The position numbers and the translations under genes were made by a program. Under the pieces are notes generated by a model, which was not told the DNA's origin, made no database searches, and saw only the letters and a program-made list of their open reading frames with translations. Below are positions 1-12,289 of a stretch of 64,000 nt of DNA, piece by piece. The stretch spans positions 331,576,001 through 331,640,000 of the forward strand of contig OZ024743.1 of NCBI GenBank assembly GCA_964016885.1, in the 5' to 3' direction. The first letter of the stretch is position 1; every line of letters begins with the position of its first letter. The DNA is from Eledone cirrhosa. Lineage: Eukaryota.

Positions 1-2557
1 TGCTAGAGCGAAAGGAAATTGATGTATGCTGTGTGCAAGAGACTAGATGGTGAGGAGAGTCTGCTAGAGTCCTTGTAGGAAAAAGTCAGTGCTACAAATT
101 TTTCTGGGTGGGAAATGATGATGGGATAGGTGGTGTAGGTATACTACTAGCTGACAAGTGGGTAGATAAAGTAATCTCAGTGAACAGGGTAAATGTAAGA
201 ATCATTAAACTCAGACTAGTCCTGAATAAAACAATTACCACAATATCAGCTTGCGCACCCCAATCAGGGTTGCCAAACGAACTTAAGAATAGGTTTTACG
301 TGTCCCTAATGCACACTACTGCTCTAATAAATGACAATGACTTTGTAATCATTGCAGGAGATTTTAACGGACACGTAGGTAAACACTGTGACGGCTTCAA
401 TAGAGTCCATGGAGGCCATGGGGTTGGCACAAGAAATGAAGAAGGATTCAGACTTCTAGAATTCTGCGACGCCAATGACATGTCGCTATGTAACACAAAC
501 TTCAAAAAACCCGACAACCACCTGATCACCTATAGATCAGGGGAGCATTCTAGTCAGATAGATTTTATCCTCATCAGAGGACGTGACAGTTGGACGGTCG
601 TAAACACAAAAGCCTTCCCTAGTGAGGAATGTACTCCCAACATAGCTTAGTTGTCAGCGACTCACGGTCAGAACTAGACAAACCTGGAAACAGAGGCCAA
701 CCTGGAGAGGAAAGATCTGGAAGCTGAAAGACCCCTCAGCCAGTAACAGATTTAAAGATATTTTACTCAACGCCTACGACAGTAAAGAAGAACAGATATA
801 GACATTCAATGTAGAAGAGCACTGGGAGTTCCTAAAAAATAACTTACTAGAGGCGACGGATGAGATCTGTGGCTGGAGTAAGACCACAAGCAGGAGGAGA
901 GTGATATGGTGGTGGAAAAATAAGGTAGATGAGGCAGTTAAGTCCAAGAGACAGGCATGGAAAGAATGGAAGAATGGGAGAAACAGGGTACATTACATAG
1001 AGACCAAGAGGGAAGCTAGGCGACAAAGATACTTAGCTAGGAGGGAAGCAGAGGATAGAAAATTCAAGCATGTTTTACAACGTGAGGACCAGAAACATGA
1101 GGTGTTCAATATTGCGAGGCAGTGTGTCAGAGAGAATTGTGATGTCATTGGAGAGAAGTGTATCCAGAATGATAAAGGTGAGCTTGCCCTCACAAGTGCT
1201 GAGAAGAAAGATGCATGGAAGAGCCATTATGATAGATTACTAAATGAGGAGAATGCATGGGAAGAAGAGACCCTACCCCAAGTAGACCCTATAGAGGGAC
1301 CAGCAGTACAAGTCAGCAGCAGCGTAGTAAGTAAGGCAATAAAAGATATGAAGATGGGGAAGGCAAGGGTCCATCGGGTATAGCTGCCGAGATGCTGAAG
1401 GCATCTGGGTCTGTAGGTCACACTATAACCACACGTATTGTTAACCAGGTAATACTAGAAGGCATCATACCAAAAGATTGGTGCAGTAGCATCATTGTCA
1501 ACTGCTACAAAGGTAAAGGTGATGCACTAGATAGAGGAAACTGTAGAGGTATAAAGCTGATGGACCAGGTCATGAAAGTAACAGAAAGAGTTATAGCACA
1601 GTTGATTAGGGACCGGGTGAAAATAGATGAGATGCAATTTGGGTTTGTACCAGGAAGAGGCACCACTGATGCCCTCTTCCTTGTGAGGCAGTTACAGGAA
1701 AAGTACCTAGCTAAAAGTAAGCCACTCTACCTGGCATTCGTCTATCTCGAGAAAGCCTTTGACAGAGTTCCACATGTTGTAATCTGGTGGGCTCTTAGAA
1801 AACTAGGAGTAGATGAATGGCTTGTGAAAGCTGTACAAGCCATGTATAGGGGAGCAGTCAGCAAAGTTAGGATTAGCAAGGAGTATAGCGAGGAATTTAG
1901 CGTACAGGTTGGTGTCCACCAGGGCTCTGTTCTTAGCCCTCTTCTGTTCATCATAGTCCTGCAGGCAATAACGGAGGAGTTTAAGACCGGATGCCCATGG
2001 GAACTCCTGCATGAAGATGACTTCGCACTTATAGCTGAATCTATGGTAGAACTAGAGAAGAAATTCCAAACTTGGAAGCAGGGACTAGAAAGAAAGGGTC
2101 TCCAAGTCAACCTGACAAAGACTAAGGTCCTTGTAAGTAGACTAGAAAACAGAACCCAGGGATGAGGTGATAAAAGCCGACCTGACCCAATTATACCTGT
2201 CAAAGGTGATGACACACGACCGTGACCTCTGGCGTCACGCAGTAATACAGAGTACCCAACCTCCCATGGGTACAAGCTGAAGCATATAGACAATATGCCC
2301 CCACACACTCCCATTGCAAAGTGGTCGTGGAGGTGCCACTGCAAAAAAGCACCCAGCCCACACTGTAAAGTGGACGTGTAGCACTCACTGTAAATGAGGT
2401 TGGTATTAGGAAGGGCATCCAGCTGTAGAAATCAAGCCAAAATCAGTTCCTGTATAAGCAAGGCATGGTCAGCCGACCAGATACTGCCCATAACTGGACA
2501 ACCCGTCTAACCCATGCTAGCATGGAAGAACGGACATAATATGGTGATGATGATGAT
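1..2557 (+). mobile_element. RTE-clade LINE, family A, degenerate copy (runs off left window edge; internal deletion)
   Basis: Broken ORFs 108-650 (APE endonuclease: GDFNGHVG, SQIDFILIR), 901-1383 and 1392-2165 (RT: [13 protein letters not shown]; YADD mutated to HEDD). Collinear with the 20918-23884 ORF except for a ~0.7 kb deletion at ~2160. Ends in CCCATGCTAGCATGG...GATGATGAT followed by (TA)n. Confidence 0.95.
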
Positions 2558-2779
2558 ACATATATATATACACACACACAAATATACATACATATATATA
2601 TACACAAATATACATTAACATATATATATACACAAATATACATTAATATATATATAAACACACAAATATACATACATATATATATATATATATTCAAAAA
2701 TATATATATATATACAAAAATATACATATATACACACAAATATACATACATATATATACACAAATATACATACATATAT

Positions 2780-3089
2780 ATCATCATCATCATCATCATC
2801 ATCATTTCATTTTACGTCCGTTTTTCCCTGCTTGCAAGGGTGGGACGGGAACTGATTATGGCTTGATTTCTACAGCTGGATGCCCTTCCTAACACCAACC
2901 TCATTTACAGTGAGTGTTGGGTGCTTTTTTGCTGTGGCACCTCCATGACCACTTTGCAGTGGAATGATATGGACCCCAGTCCCTATCAACTCATTTCTAC
3001 AGCTGAGTAAACTGGAGCAATGTGAAATAAAGTGTCTTGCTCAAGGCAACAACACATCACCTGGTCTGAGAATTGAACTCACAACCTTT
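2780..3089 (-). mobile_element. tRNA-derived SINE with RTE-like tail, 5'-truncated
   Basis: Reverse complement of 4084-4378, with B box GAGTTCAATTC and (CAT)n on the + strand. Confidence 0.85.
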
Positions 3090-3156
3090 ATATATATATA
3101 TATATATATATACACAAATATACATATGTGCATATATATATATATACAAATGTACG

Positions 3157-3192
<36 letters not shown>

Positions 3193-3196
3193 TATA

Positions 3197-4026
3197 TTTC
3201 ATTTGTTGATTTATTGATAATTTATCTGAGTGTCCCGAATCTTCCATATCGAACTTATCGGTTATTTGGTTGATTGTAGACATATTCTACGTGTGACGGT
3301 ATTTAACGATAGTTATAGCTCTAATTTATTTGAATTATAGAGCCCTCTGCCGCTCATCTCGAATTTTGTTTATCGTGAACTCGTGCGCCGATTTTTCGAT
3401 ACTCGATTATTCTACTATATTTAGCTCTAGACTTAGCTATTGACCAGTTAATTTTATTGTTCATTTTTTGTCGATTCTATTAAATGATGAATAGCCCCTG
3501 TTTATTTTAACATGTCTATTAAGCACTCTTATTCGATATGTGTTTTTGCCACACTTTTCCGAATATTTTTGCGGATATAAAGGTTATCTCCCTTGCTGAA
3601 ATCCATGTGCGTATTTTTAGCCTGGGTCTTGTCTTTCCATCCATTCGGACGAAGCTCGTTGATGAAGTAACTCCAGTCCCCCGCCGTCTGTAAGTCTTAT
3701 ATTTTTATATGAGCTGATAGATGACGGTTTAAGGATTTACAGAAACACAAGAAGCTAGATATTCCATCTCTCTAGTGGGTCCGGGTATGCATTTGACATT
3801 CATTTCATTTATTGATTTATTGATAATTTATCTGAGTGTCCCGAATCTTCCATATCGAACTTATCGGTTATTTGGTTGATTGTAGACATATTCTACGTGT
3901 GACGGTATTTAACGATAGTTATAGCTCTAATTTATTTGAATTATAGAGCCCTCTGCCGCTCATCTCGAATTTTGTTTATCGTGAACTCGTGCGCCGATTT
4001 TTCGATACTCGATTATTCTACTATAT
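3197..4026. repeat. Unclassified element with a 224-bp terminal direct repeat (606-bp offset), inserted in a TA array
   Basis: 3197-3420 is repeated almost identically at 3803-4026. Both ends abut (TA)n. Confidence 0.85.
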
Positions 4027-4040
4027 ATATATATATAAAT

Positions 4041-4378
4041 GGAGGCACATGGCTTAGTGGTTAGAGCATTGGCCTTGCAATCGAAAGGTTGTGAGTTCAA
4101 TTCTCAGACCGGGTGATGTGTTGTTTCCTTGAGCAAGACACTTTATTTCACATTGCTCCAGTTTACTCAGCTGTAGAAATGAGATGATAGGGACTTGGGT
4201 CCGTATCATTCCACTACAAAGTGGTCGTGGAGGTGCCACGGCAAAAAAGCACCCAGTACTCACTGTAAATGAGGTTGGTGTTAAAAGGGCATCCAGCTGT
4301 AGAGATCAAGCCAGAATCAGTTTCCGTCCCACCCTTGCAAGCAGGGAAAACCAGACGTAAAATGAAATGATGAATGAT
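4041..4378 (+). mobile_element. Full-length tRNA-derived SINE with RTE-derived 3' tail
   Basis: A box TGGCTTAGTGG, B box GAGTTCAATTC and core CCTTGAGCAAGACACTT. The 3' part matches the RTE 3' UTRs in this window and ends ATGATGA. Confidence 0.9.
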
Positions 4379-4690
4379 ACACACATATATACATATACAC
4401 ACATATATATATACATATATATATATTTATGCATATTTAAACATATATATATATGTTTAATTAACACTTAACATTTACTATCCTACCATACTATTTCAAA
4501 GGACTGTAAATAAAATGAGTAAATCAGACAAAGTTGGAATTCCTTTTATTAATATAATCTTCTATACACAATCATACACACCCGTGTATATTTATTTATA
4601 TATATGCATATATATATATATATATATGTATATACACATATGCATATATATACATATATATATATATTCATACCCATATATATACATATG

Positions 4691-4972
4691 CATCATCATC
4701 ATCATCATCATCATTTTACGTCCGCTTTTTTCCTGCTTGCAGGGGTGGGACGGGAACTGATTCTGGCTTGATTTCTACAGCTGGATGCCCTTCCTAACAC
4801 CAACCTCATTTACAGTCAGTGCTGAGTGCTTTTTTCCGTGGCACCTACACGTCCACTTTGCAGTGGAATGATAGGGACCCCAGTCCCTATCATCTCATTT
4901 CTACACCTGAGTAAACTGGAGCAATGTGAAATTAAGTGTCTTGCTCAAGGAAACAACACATCACCCGGTCTG
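4691..4972 (-). mobile_element. Same SINE family, 5'-truncated
   Basis: Reverse-complement match to ~4104-4378, with (CAT)n at 4691. Confidence 0.85.
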
Positions 4973-4984
4973 CATATATATATA

Positions 4985-5022
<38 letters not shown>

Positions 5023-5100
5023 CATGTATGAATATATATATATATGTATATATGTGTGTGTATATATATGCATATGTATATATATATATATATATATATA

Positions 5101-6661
5101 CAAGGATATGAAGACAGGTAAGGTCACCCGCATAGTTAACCAAGTCGTACAGAATGGGGTTGTTCCGAAGGACTGGCATAGCAGCATCATCGTTAACTGT
5201 TATAAGGGTAAAGGAGACGCCCTAGATAGGAGTAACTATAGAGGCATTAAATTAATCGACCAGGTCATGAAGGTCACGGAAAAAGTAATAGCGCAACTAA
5301 TCAGAGAGAGAATTGACCTAGATGAAATGCAGTTCGGGTTTGTGTCAGGCAAAAGTACCACAGACGCTCTTTTCATAGTACGACAACTACAGGAGAAGTA
5401 CCTAGCTAAAGGTAAACCCCTCTACTTAGCTTTTGTCGACTTGGAGAAAGCCTTCGACAGAGTCCCCCGCTCCATTATCTGGTGGGCTCTTAGAAAACTA
5501 GGCGTTGACGAATGGCTTGTGAGGGCTATACAAGCCATGTATAAAGAAACAGTCAGCAAGGTTAGAATTAACAACGAATATAGTGAAGAGTTTAGCGTAA
5601 AAGTTGGCGTCCATCAGGGCTCTGTTCTCAGCCCACTACTATTTATTATTGCCCTTCAGGCTATAACAGAGGAGTTCAAGACAGGCTGCCCATGGGAACT
5701 CCTATATGCAGACGACCTGACACTCATAGCGGAATCAATGGCCGAGCTAGAGAAGAAATTCCAAACATGGAAGCACGGCCTAGAGTCAAAAAGACTTAAA
5801 ATTAACCTGGCTAAGACCAAAGTACTAGTTTGTAGGAAAGAAAGCAAGGCGGCGGTCCCTTCTGGGAAATGGTCGTGCTCGGTGTGTAGGAAAGGCGTAG
5901 GTAGAAACTCCATTTTATGTCCTAAATGCAAAGTATGGGTGCATAAAAGATGTAGTGGGATCACAGGTAAGCTAACTAAGAACATAGATTTTACATGTGG
6001 CCGGTGCTCTGGTGCAATAAGTAGCAGCAAGTGCCCACAAAATACTAGCTCTTTCAATTGCGCAGAGGGTTCTATAGAAATAGTGGACAGCTTCCGTTAC
6101 CTGGGCGATAAAATCAGCAGTGGGGGAGGGTGCTCTGAAAGTACTGTAGCTAGAGTCAGAACTGGTTGGAAAAAGTTCAGAGAGCTTATACCACTATTAG
6201 CTGCTAAAGGGTTCTCCCTAAAAATGAAAGGCAGGTTGTACGATGCCTGCATACGAACAGCAATGCTGCATGGCAGTGAGACCTGGGCATTGTGTGCAGA
6301 GGATATACGCAGACTAGAGAGGAACGAAGCTTGCATGCTCCGCTGGATGTGTAACAGTAATATACGTGAACGGCAAAGCATAAACGAACTAAGGAAAAAA
6401 TTAGAGATAAGAGGGATCAGATGTTGTTTACTCGAGAGAAGGCTACGTTGGTATGGACACGTGATGCGCATGAAAGTCGATAGCTGTATAACAAAGTGCA
6501 GAGCAATAAAGATTGACGGTAGTCACGGAATAGGCAGACCTAGAAAAACCTGGGACGAGCTGATAAACTCCGACATCACACACTTACACCTCTCCAAGAC
6601 AATGTCACTGGACCGAGACCTTTGGCGGTACTCAGTAACAGAGAAGACCCGCCTTACCTAA
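5101..6661 (+). CDS. RTE reverse transcriptase (C-terminal part) with inserted PHD-like finger
   Basis: Motifs [48 protein letters not shown] and [12 protein letters not shown]. The ORF-track N-terminus (4826-5100) is SINE and microsatellite, not real coding sequence. Confidence 0.9.
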
Positions 6662-7062
6662 AAATATATAGTAAAACCTACTCCAGCCAGTAGGCATCTC
6701 TAACAAAATACACCCCGTCCCACCACCACCACCCCCACCCCATCCACACCACCCCGTTCTATGTAAAGTTATGTTGGTGCCGCGCCATCGAGGCCGAAAC
6801 AAATGAGATCGTGTAGGTGTCACGACAAAAAAACACACAGTCCACGCTGTAATGTGGCCGTGTAGGCAACACGGTAAAAACCTCCCAGACCCACACTGTA
6901 AATGTGGTTGGTGTTAGGAAGGGCATCCAACTGTAGAAAACCTGCCAGACAGTCCTATGCGAGCAAGACAATCACTCTTGCCTCAAGTGGGACTACCCCC
7001 GTCCAAACCCATGCAAGCGTGGAACACGGACGTTAAACGTTGATGATGATGATGATGATGAT
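5101..7062 (+). mobile_element. RTE-clade LINE, family B, 5'-truncated
   Basis: RT ORF to 6661, then 3' UTR and (GAT)n tail. Near-identical to 18378-20360. Flanked by TA arrays. Confidence 0.95.
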
Positions 7063-7378
7063 ATATTCATACATGTATATGTATGTACATGTATATCTAT
7101 GTATATGTATGTATATATATATGTATGAATACATATGTATATGTATATATGTATATGTATATGTATATATGTGTATATGTATATATATGTATATATTTAT
7201 GTATATGTATATATGTTTATATATGTATAAATATATATGTATGTATATGTATAAATATATATGTATGTGTATATATATATATGTGTATATTAGAATTTGT
7301 GTGTTTAATCACAAAAACAAGATGGCGTAGGACAGAACAAAGGAGAGGCACAAAAACAAAGAAAAGAATCCCCATACA

Positions 7379-7407
7379 CTGAAGAGGTCACAGAATGTGT
7401 GACGAAA
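7379..7407 (+). ncRNA. Partial hammerhead ribozyme core (candidate)
   Basis: CTGAAGA-G-GTCACA-GAATG-TGTGAC-GAAA has the core boxes and a perfect 6-bp stem II. Stems I and III are not convincing. Confidence 0.35.
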
Positions 7408-7631
7408 GAACTTTGACAATATATGAACAATCGTCTGGTTGTGGAACCAACCAACCAACCGGAAATTTATAAATTCCTAAATGTATAAATTTATTATAGT
7501 AAATTGAAGTGAAAGTAACTGGTGCGTGTGTTTCTTATTGGCAACATAACCCTCGCAAAGTATAACAATATCGGTTTCAACACACGTTTTCAAATCTTGC
7601 TAAACAAATTCAGAAACGAAATGTATATATA

Positions 7632-8415
7632 TATAAAGATGTAGTGGGATCACAGGTAAGCTAACTAAGAATATAGATTTTATATGTGGCCGGTGCTCTA
7701 GTGCAATAAGTAGCAGCAAGTGCCCAGAAAATACTAGCTCATTCCATTGCACAGATGGTTCTATAGAAATAGTGGACAGCTTCCGTTACCTGGATGACAA
7801 AATCAGCAGTAGGGGAGGGTTCTCTGAAAGTACAGTAGCTAGAGTCAGAACTGGATGGAAAAAGTTCAGAGAGCTTATACCACTATTAGCCACGAAAGGG
7901 TTCTCCCTAAAAATGAAAGGCAGGCTCTATGATGCCTGCATACGAACAGCAATGTTGCATGGCAGTGAGACCTGGACATTGTGTGCAGAGGTTATACGCA
8001 GACTGGAGAGGAACGAAGCTTGCATGCTCCGCTGGATGTGTAATAGTAATATACGTGAACGGCAAAGCATAAACGAACTAAGGGAAAAATTAGAAATAAG
8101 AGGAATCAGATGTTGTTTACTCGAGAGAAGACTACGTTGGTATGGTCACGTGATGCGCATGAAAGACGACAGCTGTATAAAAAAGTGCAGGGCAATAGAA
8201 ATAGACGGTAGCCACGGAGTAGGTAGACCCAGAAAAACCTGGGAAGACTTGATAAATTCTGACCTCACACACACCTCTCCAAGACAATGTCACGGGACCG
8301 AGATCTTTGGCGCTACACAGTAATAGAGAAGACCCGCCTTACCTAAGTACAAAGTGAAACCTACTAGTCAGTAGGCACCTCTAACAAAATACACCCCGTC
8401 CCACTACCCCCACCC
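7632..8415 (+). mobile_element. RTE family B internal/3' fragment
   Basis: ORF 7772-8323 is homologous to the C-terminus of 5101-6661, with a frameshift near its end. The fragment starts at a TA run. Confidence 0.9.
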
Positions 8416-8444
8416 TAGTTGGAGTTGTTCTGCATGGTTGTCTG

Positions 8445-8812
8445 TGTGTTTTCTAAATGTAAGACAGTAGGGAGGGTTGTGATATGAGGGAAAGTTAGCT
8501 GTTGTTTCTAGCAGGTTTAGTGACCTCATAGAAGATATGTTTTCTAAATTTAAGACAGTAGGGAGGGGTGTGATATGGGGGAGAGTTAGCTGCTGTTTCT
8601 AGCAGGTTTAGTAACCTCATAGAGGATATGTGTTTTCTAAATTTAAGACAGTAGGGAGTGGTGTAATATGGGGGAGAGTTAGCTGCTGTTTCTAGCAGGT
8701 TTAGTGACCTCATAGAAGATATGTTTTCTAAATTTAAGATAGTAGGGAGGGGTGTGATATGGGAGAGAGATAGCTGCTGTTTCTAGCAGGTTTAGTGACC
8801 TCATAGAGGATA
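8445..8812. repeat. Tandem repeat, ~91 bp x 4
   Basis: TTCTAAAT...GTTAGCTGCTGTTTCTAGCAGGTTTAGTGACCTCATAG recurs at 8451, 8542, 8635 and 8726. Confidence 0.9.
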
Positions 8813-9102
8813 TTATTGTTTATCATTATCTATAAAAGGCCGATTGTTGTTGTTGTTATGTGTGTGCACATGTTCCATGTTTATACATTTGCACAATTTC
8901 AAACCGATTCGACTCTAAGTCTGTAAGAATCCACGTTCGTTGAGAGGTTTTAAAAAAGATTTATCGCTTGTTGTTGAATAAATGTATCTGTTGCTTTTGA
9001 ATAATTGTCGTTTCGTATGAAATGTAATAATTGTTTCTACTTTTTGGCACAAGGCCAGTAATTATCCAGTACATTACTGGTACTTTATGTAATAATAAAC
9101 GT

Positions 9103-9134
<32 letters not shown>

Positions 9135-9702
9135 TCGGCAATCATGCACCTTGTTTAATTGCTTTAAATGTGTGAGTGTGTGTTTGTATGTGTTTGTAAA
9201 TAAATCATTAAGTTTGAAGCAACTAAAAGTTAGTGTGGTTATAAATCACGCACGTTGTTTAATTGCTTTAAATGTTTTTTTATCATTTGAAGTGAGTGTG
9301 TGTTTGTATGCGTTTGGAAATAAATATGTAAGTTTGAAGTATAAAAGAGAAAGTAGCAAAATGTGTGGGTTGTAGATAGAGGTATGCAGATGATATGAGA
9401 GAGTAAAACGGACAGTATCACCATCAAGCTTGGAAAGAGAAAGTAGCAGAAAGTATGAGGTTGCATAGATTTTGAATGGTAATGGAAAGAGTTTAACAGT
9501 TTAAATGAGAGAGTAAAATCGTAAAATATTTAGTTTTATCTATTTTTTGCGTAATTGTGGGTGAAATTGAAAATATTATATGTGCCAAGACGCAATCCAA
9601 GCTATTTCGTATACTGAATAGTAAATTTCAATTGAAGAAATTCTATATCGTAGATTTCTATAACAAAGGAGCATGTCCATACACTGAGCTTTATAGATTA
9701 TG

Positions 9703-9732
<30 letters not shown>

Positions 9733-9734
<2 letters not shown>

Positions 9735-10100
9735 CATGATCATCAGGTTTAGCGTCCGTGTTCCACGCTTGCATGGGTTTGGACGGGGGTTTTCCCACTT
9801 GAGGCAAGAGTGGTTGTCTTGCTCGCATAGGACTGTCTGGCGGGTTTTCTACAGTTGGATGCTCTTCCTAACACCAACCACATTTACAGTGTGGGGCTGG
9901 GAGGTTTTTACCGTGTTGCCTACACGGCCACATTACAGCGTGGACTGTGTGTTTTTTGACGTGACACCTACACGATCTCATTTGTTTCGGCCTGGATGTT
10001 GTGGGGGTGGTGGGACGGGGCTGTATTTTGTTAGAGATGCCTACTGACTGTAGAAGGTTTTACTTTGTATTTAGGTAAGGCTGGTCTTCTCTATTACTGA
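9733..10100 (-). mobile_element. RTE family B 3' end fragment
   Basis: 3' UTR plus the last codons. Shares a private deletion with 11266-11684. Confidence 0.9.
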
Positions 10101-10219
10101 AAACCCGCCAGACAGTCCTATGCGAGCAAGACAATCACTCTTGCCTCAAGTGGGAAAACCCCCGTCCAAACCCATGCAAGCGTTGAACACGGATGTTAAA
10201 CGTTGATGATGATGATGAT
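10099..10219 (+). mobile_element. Inverted RTE family B terminal ~120 bp
   Basis: Reverse complement of 11266-11385, including the GTTGAACACGGATG variant. Confidence 0.9.
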
Positions 10220-10240
10220 ATATATATATAGATATATATG

Positions 10241-10312
<72 letters not shown>

Positions 10313-10384
10313 CATATATATATATACATACATATATATATATATACATATATATATATACATACATATATATATATATACATA

Positions 10385-10462
<78 letters not shown>

Positions 10463-10470
10463 CATACATA

Positions 10471-10502
<32 letters not shown>

Positions 10503-10525
10503 GATATATATATATAGATACATAT

Positions 10526-10596
<71 letters not shown>

Positions 10597-10677
10597 GATA
10601 TATATATATAGATACATATATACATATATATATATACATATATATATACATATACAAATATATATATACATATACAT

Positions 10678-10711
<34 letters not shown>

Positions 10712-10743
10712 ATACATATATATATATATATACATATATATAC

Positions 10744-10804
<61 letters not shown>

Positions 10805-10805
10805 C

Positions 10806-10838
<33 letters not shown>

Positions 10839-10839
10839 C

Positions 10840-10870
<31 letters not shown>

Positions 10871-11049
10871 CATATATATATACATATATATATATATATA
10901 CATATATATATACATATACATATATATATACATATATATATATATATACATATATATATACATATATATATATACATATATATATACATATATATATATA
11001 TATACATATATATATACATATACATATACATATATATATATATATATAC

Positions 11050-11080
<31 letters not shown>

Positions 11081-11187
11081 CATATATATATACATGTACA
11101 TATATATATACATATATATATACATATATATATACATATATATATACATATACATTTATATATACATATACATATATATATACATTA

Positions 11188-11243
<56 letters not shown>

Positions 11244-11265
11244 CATATATATCTATATATATATA
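10220..11265. repeat. (TA)n/(TATACA)n microsatellite, ~1 kb
   Basis: Direct reading. Confidence 0.98.
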
Positions 11266-11684
11266 TCATCATCATCATCAACGTTTAACATCCGTGTTCA
11301 ACGCTTGCATGGGTTTGGACGGGGGTTTTCCCACTTGAGGCAAGAGTGATTGTCTTGCTCGCATAGGACTGTCTGGCGGGTTTTCTACAGCTGGATGCCC
11401 TTCCTAACACCAACCACATTTACAGTGTGGGGCTGGGAGGTTTTTACCGTGTTGCCTACACGGCCACATTACAGCGTGGACTGTGTGTTTTTTGACGTGA
11501 CACCTACACGATCTCATTTGTTTCGGCCTGGATGTTGTGGGGGTGGTGGGACGGGGCTGTATTTTGTTAGAGATGCCTACTGACTGTAGAAGGTTTTACT
11601 TTGTATTTAGGTAAGGCTGGTCTTCTCTATTACTGAGTACCGCCAAAGGTCTCGGTCCAGTGACATTGTCTTGGAGAGGTGTAA
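11266..11684 (-). mobile_element. RTE family B 3' fragment
   Basis: (CAT)n tail, 3' UTR and last codons ([21 protein letters not shown]). Confidence 0.9.
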
Positions 11685-11718
11685 TATATATATATATATA
11701 TACATATATATATACATA

Positions 11719-11764
<46 letters not shown>

Positions 11765-11795
11765 TATATACATATATATATACATATATATATAC

Positions 11796-11873
<78 letters not shown>

Positions 11874-11881
11874 ATATATAT

Positions 11882-11926
<45 letters not shown>

Positions 11927-12289
11927 TACAATATTAAATAAATGTAAAACTATATTTATAAAACCATATTTATTTCATTATATATATTTCGGGGATATCA
12001 TATTAACAATATGCTATGCCTTCATCAGACAAAATACAATATAAACAGTTTTATAGATAAATAGATTCGACATACCGTTATAACACTGACTTCATTTGAA
12101 GAGGTTTACGCTGGCTGTGAATGAAGTCGGTGTTATAACGGTATGTCGAATCTATTTATCTATAAAACTGTTTATATTGTATTTTGTCTGATGAAGGCAT
12201 AGCATATTGTTAATATGATATCCCCGAAATATATATAATGAAATAAATATGGTTTTATAAATATAGTTTTCCATTTATTTAATATTGTA
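11927..12289. repeat. Long palindrome (170-bp arms, 23-bp spacer), probable Penelope-like element pLTR remnant
   Basis: 11927-12096 is the reverse complement of 12120-12289, with 2 mismatches seen. Each arm carries a hammerhead fold. Confidence 0.85.
12174..12250 (+). ncRNA. Type I minimal hammerhead ribozyme (predicted); mirror copy on - strand at 11966-12042
   Basis: Stem I ATATTGTATTTTGT/ATGAAATAAATAT. CTGATGA at 12188, stem II GG..CATATT-GTT-AATATG..CC, GAAA at 12226. Palindromic stem III (ATATATAT) with an AUA cleavage triplet ending at 12237. Confidence 0.7.

Noticed and set aside
4041-4112. tRNA gene
   Set aside because: A and B boxes are present but there is no cloverleaf or acceptor stem, and it continues into a SINE core and tail.
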